From an uncultured delta proteobacterium (GTDB taxonomy: Bacteria > Myxococcota_A > Polyangia > Fen-1088): a stretch of 64,000 nt of DNA. The notes beneath the pieces were generated by a model. The model saw only the letters and a list, made by a program, of their open reading frames with translations. It ran no database searches and had not been told where the DNA came from. Positions 9,160-20,969 of this stretch are shown here, piece after piece. The stretch lies in NCBI GenBank assembly GCA_963767925.1, contig CAVYGB010000010.1:736001-800000 (forward strand). The letters are read 5' to 3'. Position 1 is the stretch's first letter; each line of letters opens with the position of its first letter. A program made the translations under genes and the position numbers.

Positions 9160-9933
9160 TCAGCGGCGGCGGACCCGGATGCGGGCCGGCTCGCGCCCCA
9201 GCTTGCGGGCCAGCGCCGCCGCGGTCCAGGGCTTCTCGATGGCGGCGTCGGCCAGGCCGGAGCTGAGCAGCAGGTTGAGGCGAAAGTTCCCCACGCCGTC
9301 GACGAGCAGGACGCGCTTGAGCCGGGTATGGTTCTCGCGCAGGTACTGCAGGAAGTCCCAGCCGCCCGACCCGGCCACGAGATAATCGACCATGACCGCC
9401 GCCAGCCGCCCGCCGGGCACCCGCAGCCAGGCCGCTGCCTCGAGGGGCGTGGTGGCGAACAGCGGCGGGGAGCCGGAGGCGGCCAGCTCACGAGCCAGGG
9501 CGGCGGTGCCGTTGGCCCGGTTCCACACAACGAGGACCACTGCCTCGGCGAGGTCAGGCCCGGGGATTGCCAGGGCCGCCGCCAGCGCGTTCTCCTCCTC
9601 TTTCGTCAGCCGCTCGAAGCGCAGGGCACAGCGGCGCCCGCGGGGCCCGGTGGCCTGGCGGCGCAGCACGATCCCGCGCAGCTTGAGCACCGGAATTCCC
9701 GGGAGCTGCACGGCCAGCTCGACCATCTCGCCCGGGGCCAGCACCGCCTCTCCGACCAGGGAAGCTCCCCCTCGCGACAGGTCGGCCACCTCGAAGATGC
9801 CCAGGTGCCGGCTCGGGTTGCCGACCGCCGCCACCCCGGGCACAAGGATCCGCCCATCGCGACGGCGGTCGCGCAACTCCGGTACAACCGTGAGCTGGGT
9901 GGTCTTTCGTGAGCGGGGGGCCGAAGCAGACAT
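9160..9933 (-). CDS. PilZ domain plus receiver-like domain protein
   Basis: RDRRRDGR and DLSRGG PilZ motifs; the C-terminal half has VMVDY...GWDFL...ADAAIEKPW receiver-like features. Confidence 0.8.
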   Translation of the reverse strand: MSASAPRSRKTTQLTVVPELRDRRRDGRILVPGVAAVGNPSRHLGIFEVADLSRGGASLVGEAVLAPGEMVELAVQLPGIPVLKLRGIVLRRQATGPRGRRCALRFERLTKEEENALAAALAIPGPDLAEAVVLVVWNRANGTAALARELAASGSPPLFATTPLEAAAWLRVPGGRLAAVMVDYLVAGSGGWDFLQYLRENHTRLKRVLLVDGVGNFRLNLLLSSGLADAAIEKPWTAAALARKLGREPARIRVRRR

Positions 9934-10103
9934 TTGGGGGCTGGCTGGGTCGACTCGTCGTGTCTGGTTATTTCCGTCCTAAGTTTTTGTAATCTCTAAG
10001 ACGCTATGTGGCTCCTATTTCACATCGATGGATGCGCTCGATTCTTGAGAGTGAAGGCGTTTACGGCGCGCCCCGGACCGACTATATCTGTGCGGATCGC
10101 GGA

Positions 10104-11747
10104 ATGCTGAAAGCGAGCCTCCGCCGCTACTGGCCCGTCGTCGCAGCCACGCTGTTGCTCTTCCCGCATGCGTTGCTGTTCGACTTCGTCAACGACGACG
10201 CGTACATATCGTTTCGTTACGCGCAGAACCTCGCCGAACACGGCCAGCTCGTGTTCAACCTGGACGAGCGGGTCGAGGGGTTCACCAACTTCCTGTGGAC
10301 GTTGATGCTCGCGGGCGGCATCAAGCTCGGGATCAACCCCGTGGTCTTCTCGCGTTTTCTCGGCGTCGCCTTCGCGGTGGGGACGCTCGGGCTGCTGGTG
10401 CGGCTGTCGCTGCGCCTCGACGGCGAGCGGCCGTCGCGCTGGCACGTTGTCGCCCCGGTGGGGCTGGCCGGGCTTGGCGCTTTTGCCTGCTGGTGCACGG
10501 GCGGGCTCGAGACGCAGCTCTTCACGTTCCTGCTGCTGCTGGGGTTCGAGCGGCTGCTCAACGAGATGGCCACCGGTCGCGGCTTCACCAGCGGAGCCTG
10601 CTTCGCCCTCGCGGCGATGACCCGACCGGAGGGCGTCCTGTTCTTCGGGCTGGCCGCGCTCTACCGGCTGGGCCGCAACTTCCTGCGCGAGCGCCGCCTG
10701 GCCCCCACCTTCCCCGAGCTCTACTGGCTGCTGGCCTTCGTCGCCGTGTTCGTCCCCTACTTCGCCTGGCGCTGGACCTACTTCGGCTGGCCCTTCCCGA
10801 ACACCTTCTACGTCAAGTCGGCGGGCGGCGCGGGCACCTACCAGCTCGGTCTGTATTACCTGCGCCGCTTCGTCGAGGACTACGGCGTCGGCTTCCTCGC
10901 GCTGGTGCTGCTGCTGGGCTGGCCCTCGAAGCTCGACTGGCGGCGGCGCGACCTGTTTGCCCTCTTCACCCTCAGCGCCCTCGCCTTCGCCGGCTACGTC
11001 GTCAAGGTGGGCGGCGACTTCATGGGGCTCTATCGCTTCATCTTGCCGGTCCTCCCGCTGGGGGTCCTCTGCGTGCAAGAGGCCACGCGCACCCTGGCCC
11101 AGCGGCTGGCGCCCTTCGTGACCCAGCCGGTGCTGGCGGCGGCGGGCATCGCGGCCTTCGCCGCTTTTCTCGCCGGCAGCCTGCAGGTCTCGCGCACGGC
11201 AGCGGCGGGCGGCAGCGACCGGGGCATCGACAGCCCGGGCTACCTCAAGCAATACGTCGACGAGCGGATCCCGGTCGGGCTGTGGATGGCGCCGCACGTG
11301 CGGCCCGAGCACCTGGCCAGTGTCGGCGGCGCGGGGGTCATCCCCTATTACTCGAAGATTCGCGCGTTCGACTGCTTCGGGCTGGTCGACCAGACCATCG
11401 CCCACGATCCGGCGATGACGGTCCAGCTCCGGCCGGGGCATCAGAAGTGGGTCTCGTTTTCCTACCTGTTCTCCCGCCGGCCGACGCTCATCACCCACTG
11501 CTATTGCCTCAACGGGGCGTGTAACTGCGACCCGCGTGATGCCGTCTGGAAGAACAACGGCTACGAGCCGGTGACGGCGACAATCCCGGGGTCGCCGGCG
11601 CCGACGGTGTACACATTTCTCAAGCGAACCGATGCGCGCTTCGGGCCGTTTCCGGCGACGGCCGGGGTGGAAGGGGTGGAGGCCGAGGGGGCGGAGCGGG
11701 CGCCGGAGCCGGATCCGGATCCCGATCAGCCGGACGAGAACAACTGA
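10104..11747 (+). CDS. GT-C fold membrane glycosyltransferase (DDAYI type)
   Basis: DDAYISFRYAQNLA, ERVEGFTNFLW, GLET, TRPEG, PNTFYVK, GGDFM..YRF and D.FGL.D motifs; many TM helices. Confidence 0.85.
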   Translation: MLKASLRRYWPVVAATLLLFPHALLFDFVNDDAYISFRYAQNLAEHGQLVFNLDERVEGFTNFLWTLMLAGGIKLGINPVVFSRFLGVAFAVGTLGLLVRLSLRLDGERPSRWHVVAPVGLAGLGAFACWCTGGLETQLFTFLLLLGFERLLNEMATGRGFTSGACFALAAMTRPEGVLFFGLAALYRLGRNFLRERRLAPTFPELYWLLAFVAVFVPYFAWRWTYFGWPFPNTFYVKSAGGAGTYQLGLYYLRRFVEDYGVGFLALVLLLGWPSKLDWRRRDLFALFTLSALAFAGYVVKVGGDFMGLYRFILPVLPLGVLCVQEATRTLAQRLAPFVTQPVLAAAGIAAFAAFLAGSLQVSRTAAAGGSDRGIDSPGYLKQYVDERIPVGLWMAPHVRPEHLASVGGAGVIPYYSKIRAFDCFGLVDQTIAHDPAMTVQLRPGHQKWVSFSYLFSRRPTLITHCYCLNGACNCDPRDAVWKNNGYEPVTATIPGSPAPTVYTFLKRTDARFGPFPATAGVEGVEAEGAERAPEPDPDPDQPDENN

Positions 11748-12075
11748 GGGAAAAGCGGGGCCCGGTTAGCGCAGGGCGATGGTGCCGTGGCGGAGGATGA
11801 TGCGGCTCTGAGTGGGGACCTGTCCGCCAGCGGCGCGGAGGCGGCGGGCAGGTGGGAGTCTCTGTGCGTCAGCAAGGAGGGTGGGGCGGCGCAGGACCGA
11901 TGTCACCGGAAGAACCGGGATCCGCGACGGCGGTCGTCGGGAAGCAACGGTCGGCATGCTCCCATGGTGGGTCTCCTGAGCGGCCCGTCAAGTTTTGCCC
12001 CTTTCCCGGGCCGCGGGCTGCGCTCAGGGTCTGCTCAACGCCGTGGCGCAGGCTACCGATGTATCGAGCGAGGGA

Positions 12076-13313
12076 ATGTCGGGCGAGCTTTACGATGTCC
12101 TCGTGCTGGGGCCGGTGGAAGCCACTCCGACCGCCGAGGCGCGCCTGGCGGCGGCCCTGGCGGGCCTGGCGGGCGCACCGCTGACCGCGATCGCGCAGGG
12201 CCTGGCCGAGAAGAACCTGAGCATGGGTCAGGCGCTGGACCGGACCGCGGCCGAGGCGCTGTTGCGCCAGCTCCAGACGCTGGGAGCGCTCACGTCGATC
12301 CGGAGGGCCAGCGGGGCTTTCCCGCAGTCGGGCGCCCTCACCCCCTCGCCCCACTCGGGCGTGGGGCTCGGTCCAGCGCCGGGCAGCGGGCTCGGCCCGG
12401 GAATCCTGACCCCCGGGCCAGGATCGGGGGTGCGGGGCATGGGGGTGAGCCCCTCGTCGGCCGGCTCGCTCGGACGGGCGCCGTTGAGCGCACGGGCAGC
12501 GCACCGGGCACCGGCCCCGGCTTGCGGCCGCTGGGCGCCCTGCGGGCCGAGCACCCCGGCTCGCTGCCGACTCCATCACCCGGGACGCCCCGGGTGCCGA
12601 CCGACGGCCTGGGGCACCGGGTGCCGACCGGGACCGGCTTCGCCTTCAACGAGCCGCCTTCCCAGTCGCGCGGCAGCGCCCGGACGGCGGCGCCGCCCCC
12701 CGTGGCGGCGCCCGCCCCCCCGCCACCGGACGACCCATTCAGCAACCCCGAAGCGTCGGTGGGCCCCCTGGAGCTCGACCGGGACCGGCGTCCCGACTCC
12801 AGCCACCGCGACGGCATGCCCGGAGGGACCGGCTCCTCGGGCCTGTTCTCGCCGAAGATCATCGCCAGCCGGGCGAGCTCGGGGCTCGAGCTGGCGGGGG
12901 AGAAGAAGAGCCACGTCGAGCGCTGCCCCAAACACGGGCTGCTCTACGACAGCAGCAAGAGCTCGGCGTGCCGCAAGTGCCTGGCCGACGGACGGGCCGC
13001 CCTTGTCGAGCGGCGGGGCACCCTCCGCTCGAACCCGGCCCGGCGGGCCCTGCTGGGGATCCTGTTCGCGATGGTGCTCGGGTTCTTGCCCGCGGCCTAC
13101 TACGCGCGTACGCCGGGCGCCGCCGAGGTGAACCGGCTGCGCGCCGAGCAGCACGAGCTATCCAAGGGCGCCGGCAACGAGGCCACCATCCGCCGTTTCG
13201 ACGAGATCGAGGGGCTGGTGGCGGTGAGCCGCCGCCTCAGCATGCGCAACACCCTCATCATCTGGATCGCGGCCAGCGGCGTCCTCCTGGTCGGCTGGTA
13301 CCGCGTCACCTAG
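12076..13313 (+). CDS. hypothetical membrane protein with a probable frameshift near 12480
   Basis: Helical N-terminal domain (MSGELYDVLVLGP...) in one frame; Pro/Gly linker, CPKH-x(10)-CRKC putative Zn knuckle and two TM helices in the -1 frame. Confidence 0.65.
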
Positions 13314-14049
13314 CTTCATCATCGGTGGCGGGGGGGTCCTCCACCTCCTCGGTCTGACGGGCGGCGGGGGCGGGGGCCACCCGCTCGAGGATGACGAAGC
13401 GGCGCTCGTGGTCGGTGCGGGGCAGGTGGTAGCGGTGGTCTTTCACCAGGGCGAACTCGCCAGCGAAGCTTCGCTTCACCTCCTCGAGCTCCGGGTCCAC
13501 CGCCGGGCCCTTCAGGAAGAAGAAGCGGGTGCCCGGGTGGGTGCAGCCCGAGGTCCGCAGCAGCGTCTTGCCGATGGGCTCGAGGGCCCGGGTGATGACG
13601 CCGGCCACCGGCTGCTGGAAGCTCCGGCTCACGACCCGGTGGGGGAAGACCTCCACCTTGCGGAAGCCCAGGCGCTGGCAGACCTGCTGCAGGAACTCCA
13701 CCCGGCGCGGACGCGGCTCGGCGAGGATGATGTGCAGGTCGGGGCACATGATCTTGAGGGGGATGCCCGGGAAGCCCGCCCCGGTGCCGACGTCGAGCAG
13801 GGGGCTCGGCAGGCGCCCGAAGCGGGTGATGAAGATCGAGTCGACGTAGTGCTTGAGCACCACGGCCTCGAAGTTGACGATGCGGGTGAGGTCGCGATCG
13901 CGGTTCGCCTCGCGCATCAGGTTGTGGTACGTCCAGAGCTGTTCGATCTGGGCGGCTCGCGGTCGGACGCCGGCCTCCCGCAGCAGCTCCCCCAGGAGCT
14001 CCTTGCTGGGGCGGCGGGGCGAGCCGCCTCTATGACCCGGGCGCCGCAT
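13306..14049 (-). CDS. rsmG: 16S rRNA m7G527 methyltransferase
   Basis: LTRI...VLKHYVDS, LLDVGTGAGFPGIPL, ITRAL and LKG motifs; start codon uncertain. Confidence 0.92.
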   Translation of the reverse strand: MRRPGHRGGSPRRPSKELLGELLREAGVRPRAAQIEQLWTYHNLMREANRDRDLTRIVNFEAVVLKHYVDSIFITRFGRLPSPLLDVGTGAGFPGIPLKIMCPDLHIILAEPRPRRVEFLQQVCQRLGFRKVEVFPHRVVSRSFQQPVAGVITRALEPIGKTLLRTSGCTHPGTRFFFLKGPAVDPELEEVKRSFAGEFALVKDHRYHLPRTDHERRFVILERVAPAPAARQTEEVEDPPATDDEAR

Positions 14050-14746
14050 GGCTTTGGCAGCAGTCGAGGTCCTCTACGAGGACAACCACCTCATCGGCGT
14101 GTTCAAGCCCGCCGGCCTGCTCACCCAGGGCGACGAGACGGGTGAGGCCTCGATGCTGGACCTCGTGCGCGAGGACCTGCGCCGCCGTCACGGCAAGACC
14201 GGGCATGTTTTCCTGGGTCTCCTGCATCGTCTCGACCGGCCCGTCGCGGGGGTCCTCCTGCTGGCCAGGACCTCGAAGGGGGCCAGCCGCTTATCCGAGC
14301 AGATCCGCAACCGCTCGGTCCGCAAGACCTACTGGGCGCTGACCGGGAAGGCCCCCCGTCCGGGACCCTCCGGGGCGCTCGAACATTTCATCCGCAAGGC
14401 GCCCGGTCGCTCGCAGCGGGTCTCGACGGCGCCCCACCCGGAGGGCAAGGAGGCGCGGCTGCGTTACCAGGTGCTCCGGCGTTTTCCGGGGCTGTTCCTG
14501 CTGGAGGTCGACCTCGAGACCGGACGCAAGCACCAGATCCGGGCTCAGCTCGCCCACGAGGGCTGCCCGATCCTCGGTGACTTCCGCTATGGCGCCAGCA
14601 CGCCCTTTCAGGAGGGCAGCCTGGCCCTGGTGGCCCGGCGGCTGCAGTTCGCCCAGCCCGTGTCGGGTGAGCCGATCGAGATCCAGCTCCCGGATCGACT
14701 CTGCCCCATCACGGGCTGGCTGCGGCGCCGCGGGCACGCGCTCTGA
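14048..14746 (+). CDS. RluA-family pseudouridine synthase
   Basis: KPAGLL, HRLDRPVAG (catalytic Asp), KTYWAL, LETGRKHQIRAQLA, PILGDFRYG. Confidence 0.93.
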   Translation: MALAAVEVLYEDNHLIGVFKPAGLLTQGDETGEASMLDLVREDLRRRHGKTGHVFLGLLHRLDRPVAGVLLLARTSKGASRLSEQIRNRSVRKTYWALTGKAPRPGPSGALEHFIRKAPGRSQRVSTAPHPEGKEARLRYQVLRRFPGLFLLEVDLETGRKHQIRAQLAHEGCPILGDFRYGASTPFQEGSLALVARRLQFAQPVSGEPIEIQLPDRLCPITGWLRRRGHAL

Positions 14747-14843
14747 GCGCACCAGGTTGCCTCGATCAGGCGCCCGCAGCCGGGCGCCGACGGCCAGGCC
14801 CTCGACGTGGGCGCCTCGGGCGCCCGCGTCGCTAGCGCCCGAC

Positions 14844-15563
14844 TCAAGCGCCCTTCTTGGACGCCTTCATCGGGTTCTTGGACTCGAGCTCTTTCTCGGG
14901 CGGCGGGATGATGTGCTTCTTGACGTTCTTCATGCTGCCCTTGAGAACGACGAGCCCGTTGCGGGGTCCCGGGATGGCGCCCTTGACCACCACGACGTTC
15001 CGATCCTCGATGATCTTGACGACCACGAGGTTCGAGGCGGTGCACTTCTCGTCGCCCATGTGCCCGGTCATCCGCTTGCCCTTGAACACGCGGCCGGGAG
15101 TGAGGCGGCAACCGATCGAGCCGACGTTGCGGAACATCTCGTGGGTACCGTGCGAGTCGGGCTTGCCGTGCATCTTGTGGCGCTTGATGACGCCCTGATA
15201 CCCCTTGCCCTTGCTGACGCCCACGGCGTCGACAACGTCGCCGGCCTTGAAGACGTCGGTGGCCTTCAGCATCTTGCCGATCTCGAGCGTCCCGGCGCCG
15301 CCGGCCTCGAGCCGGATCTCCTTCACCACCTTGGGGACGAGGCCCGCGCTCTTGTACTGGCCGGCGACCGGGCGGGTCGAACGGCCGTTCCGGGCGGCGC
15401 CGAAGCCGAGCTGCACGCTGGTGTAGCCGTGAGCCTCCGGAGAGCGAACACCCGTCACCAGGCAGGGGCCGAGCTCGAGGACGGTGCAGCCGATCGCTGC
15501 CCCCTCGTAGAACACCTGCGTCATCCCGAGCTTACGACCTATGAGGCCCATCTTGTGTGGCAT
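14844..15563 (-). CDS. rplC: 50S ribosomal protein L3 (stand-alone)
   Basis: GLIGRKLGMTQ, GYTSVQLG, GVSKGKGYQGVIKRH, SHG, GSIG...PGRVFKGKRMTGHMG, VKGAIPG. Confidence 0.97.
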   Translation of the reverse strand: MPHKMGLIGRKLGMTQVFYEGAAIGCTVLELGPCLVTGVRSPEAHGYTSVQLGFGAARNGRSTRPVAGQYKSAGLVPKVVKEIRLEAGGAGTLEIGKMLKATDVFKAGDVVDAVGVSKGKGYQGVIKRHKMHGKPDSHGTHEMFRNVGSIGCRLTPGRVFKGKRMTGHMGDEKCTASNLVVVKIIEDRNVVVVKGAIPGPRNGLVVLKGSMKNVKKHIIPPPEKELESKNPMKASKKGA

Positions 15564-15708
15564 TGTGTGCTCCCGCTGCGCCGATCTTTAGCGAAGGGAC
15601 TCCTTAATAGGTTGGACGGGCCATGTCAAGGCCGGAGGGGGTCCCGGGTATCCGGCGGACATCGTGAGGGGTCTGGCGAGGGGGTCCCGGCCCGGGAGCC
15701 CGACGCGA

Positions 15709-16590
15709 TCAGTCGACCAGGCCGGCGTCGATGGCCGCATCCCGCTTGCGGCGGGCGCGCTCGATGAACCAGACCAGCAGGATCGACACGTTGTAGAGGA
15801 GGTAGAGCGGCCCGGCCAGCAGCACCTGGGTGAACGGGTCGGTCGAGGGGGTGAGGACCGCGCCCGCGACCGCCGAGAGGATGAGGGCGTATTTGCTGAA
15901 GCGCCACATGCTCCGGGCGGTGATGAGCCCGATGGCGCCGAGGATGACCAGCACCACCGGCAGCTCGAAGGCGGCGCCACACCCGGCCAGGGTGAGGACG
16001 AGGAAGTCGGTGATCATCTCCATCCGGTAGGGGGTGTCGACGATGAAGTCTGCCCCCACCGCGAACTCCTTGGCCATCGAGGTCAGGAAGTAGGCGGCCG
16101 GCTTGGAGAGGACGAAGTAGCCGAACGCGGCCCCGCCGAGGAAACAGAGGGCGGTGCTTCCGGTGACAACCAGGGCCAGGCGCCGTTCCTTCTTGTACAG
16201 GCCGGGGGCCACGAACTTCCACATCTCCCAGAACACCAGCGGCGCCGCCACCATGAAGCCGCCGAGCACGGCGAGCTTCATCATCACCCAGAAGGCCTCG
16301 GTGGGGTTCGTGATCTGGAACTCCACCACCGGCAAGCCGGTGGCCTCCCGGATCCCCTCCACGGTGGGGGCGACCAGGGTCTGGAAGAACTTCTTCACGA
16401 AGACGAAGGACACGATCATCGCCGCCATGAAGGCGATGGCGGCGTTGCGCAGGCGCAGGCGCAGCTCCTGCAGGTGCTCGAGCAGCGACATGCGCTTGTC
16501 GTCGAGGCTCTCGCCGTTGGTGAGCGTCTCGTCGGCGCCGCTGGCCGCAGACGGGTCGGATGGATCCTGCGGAGGAGCTTCCTGAGTCAC
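15709..16590 (-). CDS. tatC: twin-arginine translocase subunit TatC
   Basis: MSLLEHLQELRLRL, PTEAF, WKFVAPGLYKKE, FELP, AVLTPSTDP, LYLLY; GTG start. Confidence 0.96.
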   Translation of the reverse strand: MTQEAPPQDPSDPSAASGADETLTNGESLDDKRMSLLEHLQELRLRLRNAAIAFMAAMIVSFVFVKKFFQTLVAPTVEGIREATGLPVVEFQITNPTEAFWVMMKLAVLGGFMVAAPLVFWEMWKFVAPGLYKKERRLALVVTGSTALCFLGGAAFGYFVLSKPAAYFLTSMAKEFAVGADFIVDTPYRMEMITDFLVLTLAGCGAAFELPVVLVILGAIGLITARSMWRFSKYALILSAVAGAVLTPSTDPFTQVLLAGPLYLLYNVSILLVWFIERARRKRDAAIDAGLVD

Positions 16591-16623
16591 GGATGTGTCC
16601 CTTCGACCGATCGGGCCTGCTGG

Positions 16624-17559
16624 TCAGACCTTCTTTGGAGTCTTGCTGGAGGACCGGACCGACCTGGCCTTGCCGGCCGGCTTGGCCTCGGCAGACAGAT
16701 CGGGCAGGCCGTCCGCGTCGGGCGGGACGTCGGGCGAATCCCGCCCGTTGCCAGCCGGCGCGCCGGGCGCGCCGAGGTTCGCCAGGGGCATGCCGACCAG
16801 CGTGGCGCCCGAGCCGGGCCGGGGCACGGTGCCTGGCACGCCCGCGCTGTCGCTGGGCTTGAGGGCGGCGGCGGGCAGCGGCGGTGGGGTGGCCCGGCGC
16901 GCGGCGGCCGGCTTCGGCGGCGGCAGCGTGGGCGTGTGGGTCCCCTCCATGGGAGGGGGCAGGGTCATGGCGACGGTGCGGTCGCTGCCGGCACCCGCGG
17001 GGGGCGGGGCCGCGGCGGTCGACGACACGGGCGGCAAGACGGGATCGGTCTTCACCTCCACGGGCGGAGGCGAGGTGGCGGTCACCGGCTCGGGCAGGTG
17101 GGCCTGCGGATCGACCTGGTGCTCCCCGTGCTGGTCGGGATCACCGGACGAGCCGGCGTCGGGATCGTGGTAGTCGTCGTGCCCGTATTCGTTGCGGTAT
17201 TCGTCGGCGCTGGTGTCGGCGGCGGCGGTCGCGGGGTCGGTGGCGCCGTTGCCGGCACCAGCGCCGTCGCGGGCCTGGCGCTCGCGCTCCTCGCGGTCCT
17301 GACGCTCGCGCCACTTGCGCTCCTCATCGCGACGCTTGAGCTCCTCGGGCGGCAACATCGTCGCTTCCCGCAGCTCCTCGAGCGGTTTGCGGATGGCGTC
17401 GTCGAGCTCGATCTCGTTCTTGATGTCGGCAGTCGCCTTGCGCACCTCGCGGATCGCCTTGCCGATGCCAGAGGCGATGTCGGGAAGCTTCTTTGGCCCC
17501 AGGAAAATGAGGGCCAGAAGCATGATGACGACGATCTCTTGAAAACCTATCGGGCCCAC
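16624..17559 (-). CDS. tatB: twin-arginine translocase TatB (TatA/B family) with long Pro-rich tail
   Basis: IGFQEIVVIMLLALIFLGPKKLP followed by an amphipathic helix; directly upstream of tatC. Confidence 0.88.
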   Translation of the reverse strand: MGPIGFQEIVVIMLLALIFLGPKKLPDIASGIGKAIREVRKATADIKNEIELDDAIRKPLEELREATMLPPEELKRRDEERKWRERQDREERERQARDGAGAGNGATDPATAAADTSADEYRNEYGHDDYHDPDAGSSGDPDQHGEHQVDPQAHLPEPVTATSPPPVEVKTDPVLPPVSSTAAAPPPAGAGSDRTVAMTLPPPMEGTHTPTLPPPKPAAARRATPPPLPAAALKPSDSAGVPGTVPRPGSGATLVGMPLANLGAPGAPAGNGRDSPDVPPDADGLPDLSAEAKPAGKARSVRSSSKTPKKV

Positions 17560-17651
17560 GGCCCTCCATATCTATCTCGGAAAGGGCAGCGCTTCCAGGT
17601 CAGACGCCCGCCGCGCCCTGCGTCAGCTCGAAGGGGCTGCTTTTTACTCAC

Positions 17652-17957
17652 TCAGGTGTAGCGCGAGAGCAGGCGCATCGCCCCCACGAAGGCGACGAGC
17701 GCCGCCGCCGTCACGGGGATGCGCGAGGTGGTCTTGAGCCAGGACCCCGCGCCGCCCACCACCATGGCCAGCGCGAACAGCGCCGCCGCACCGATCACGG
17801 GCACCTTCACGTTGAGGATCGCCATCGAGCGCAGCACCTCGAGGGCGCAGGCCACCACGGCGATGGCGGGGAACAGGCGGGAGGAGAGCCGAATCAGCAG
17901 GTAGAGGGCGGCGGCCAGCGCGATGAGCGCCGGCATCGCGTTATTCATGTCGGGCAT
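17652..17957 (-). CDS. small hypothetical membrane protein
   Basis: 101 aa with about four hydrophobic segments; starts 13 nt after the recQ stop. Confidence 0.65.
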   Translation of the reverse strand: MPDMNNAMPALIALAAALYLLIRLSSRLFPAIAVVACALEVLRSMAILNVKVPVIGAAALFALAMVVGGAGSWLKTTSRIPVTAAALVAFVGAMRLLSRYT

Positions 17958-17969
17958 GGCGGGACTCTA

Positions 17970-19781
<1,812 letters not shown>

Positions 19782-19852
19782 GGCAGAACACTACGGTGCA
19801 AGGGTCGGGCCCAGGTTGCCAGAACCGCTCGCCCCGGTACAGATTTCTTCGG

Positions 19853-20917
19853 TCAGCCGAGAGGGGACGCGGCCCGCCGCAGGCGCAGCGCCACGATCTC
19901 GCTCTCGCTGTTGAAGCGGACCGGGATGCCCGAGGTGCCCGCCCCGACGCTGGTGAACCCCTGCATCGAGCCGTGCACCCAGGGACCACTCGGTAGGTGC
20001 CGGCCGACGCGCACGTGTTTGAGGATGGCCCGTCCCCCGGGCAAGCAGACCTGTCCGCCGTGGGTGTGGCCGCACAGATAGAGCGCGACGCCGGCCCGGG
20101 CCGCCGCATCGTAGAGCTCGGGCGAGTGGACGAGGGCGACCGTGAAGTCGTCGCGCGCCAGCTCGAGGGCGTGCAGGCTCTGGTCGGTGTAGTAGTAGTG
20201 AACGTCGTCGGTGCCGACCACCCGCAGGCGGTCGTCCTGCCGCTGCAGCACCACGCTCTCGTTGATCAACATGCGGATCCCCATCCGCTCCATCGGCGCC
20301 ACCATGTGGCAGTCGTCGTGGTTGCCGAGCACGCCGAGGAAGCCCTGCCGGCTGCGGATGCCGCCCACCAGGCGCTGCAGGCTGTCCATCACCTGCCGGA
20401 AGGGGCCGTGCAGCTCCGTGCGGTAGTCGCCGGTGAAGACGCAGAGGTCGAAGGTGCGGCCCTCGAGCAGGGCGAGGATCCGGTCCTCGAGGCCCGGCAT
20501 GCTGTCGAAGTGGGGGTCGGTGATGTGCAAGATCCGGAAGCCGTCGAAGGCGGGCGGCAAGCGCGGCAGGATCAGATCGTGCTCGCGCAGGCGCACGCGC
20601 GCGGCGTTGCGGTAGCCGCGCTGGTACTGGCCGATCCGCTTCAAGCCCCAGCCGAAGGTCTTCACAAGCAGGAGCAGGGCTTGCCAGTGTTGCCGGCGCT
20701 TGCCCCCGTAGCGCCTGGTCACGAGGTTCTGGGTCTCCATCCAGAGGCGGTTGTTGGCCCACATCTGGCGGGTGTTGATGGGCGGCGGCATGGGGAAGGC
20801 GGGCTGCACAACCGACACCTCCGGTGTGGTCGGGGCGAGGTCTTCCTCGGCGCCCGTCCCCTCCCGCCGGCCCTGCGGCCCCTGCCCCGCCCGCGCGACG
20901 GCCTCCCCCCGGTCCAT
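19853..20917 (-). CDS. calcineurin-like metallophosphoesterase (YkuE-like)
   Basis: TDPH, TGD, GNHD, VHSP and GHTHGGQ motifs; start uncertain. Confidence 0.9.
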   Translation of the reverse strand: MDRGEAVARAGQGPQGRREGTGAEEDLAPTTPEVSVVQPAFPMPPPINTRQMWANNRLWMETQNLVTRRYGGKRRQHWQALLLLVKTFGWGLKRIGQYQRGYRNAARVRLREHDLILPRLPPAFDGFRILHITDPHFDSMPGLEDRILALLEGRTFDLCVFTGDYRTELHGPFRQVMDSLQRLVGGIRSRQGFLGVLGNHDDCHMVAPMERMGIRMLINESVVLQRQDDRLRVVGTDDVHYYYTDQSLHALELARDDFTVALVHSPELYDAAARAGVALYLCGHTHGGQVCLPGGRAILKHVRVGRHLPSGPWVHGSMQGFTSVGAGTSGIPVRFNSESEIVALRLRRAASPLG

Positions 20918-20969
20918 CTCCCCGATGGTACACGGTGAAACGCCGGCGCGCCGCCGGGGGGCCCGAGGA

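Noticed and set aside
10005..10025. CRP/FNR-like site (ATGTG-N10-CACAT)
   Set aside because: Spacing does not match TGTGA-N6-TCACA; too weak to call.
11766..11965. Small minus-strand ORF behind an AGGAG
   Set aside because: The ATG best placed for the RBS gives only 20 codons, and the 63-aa alternative has no recognisable features.
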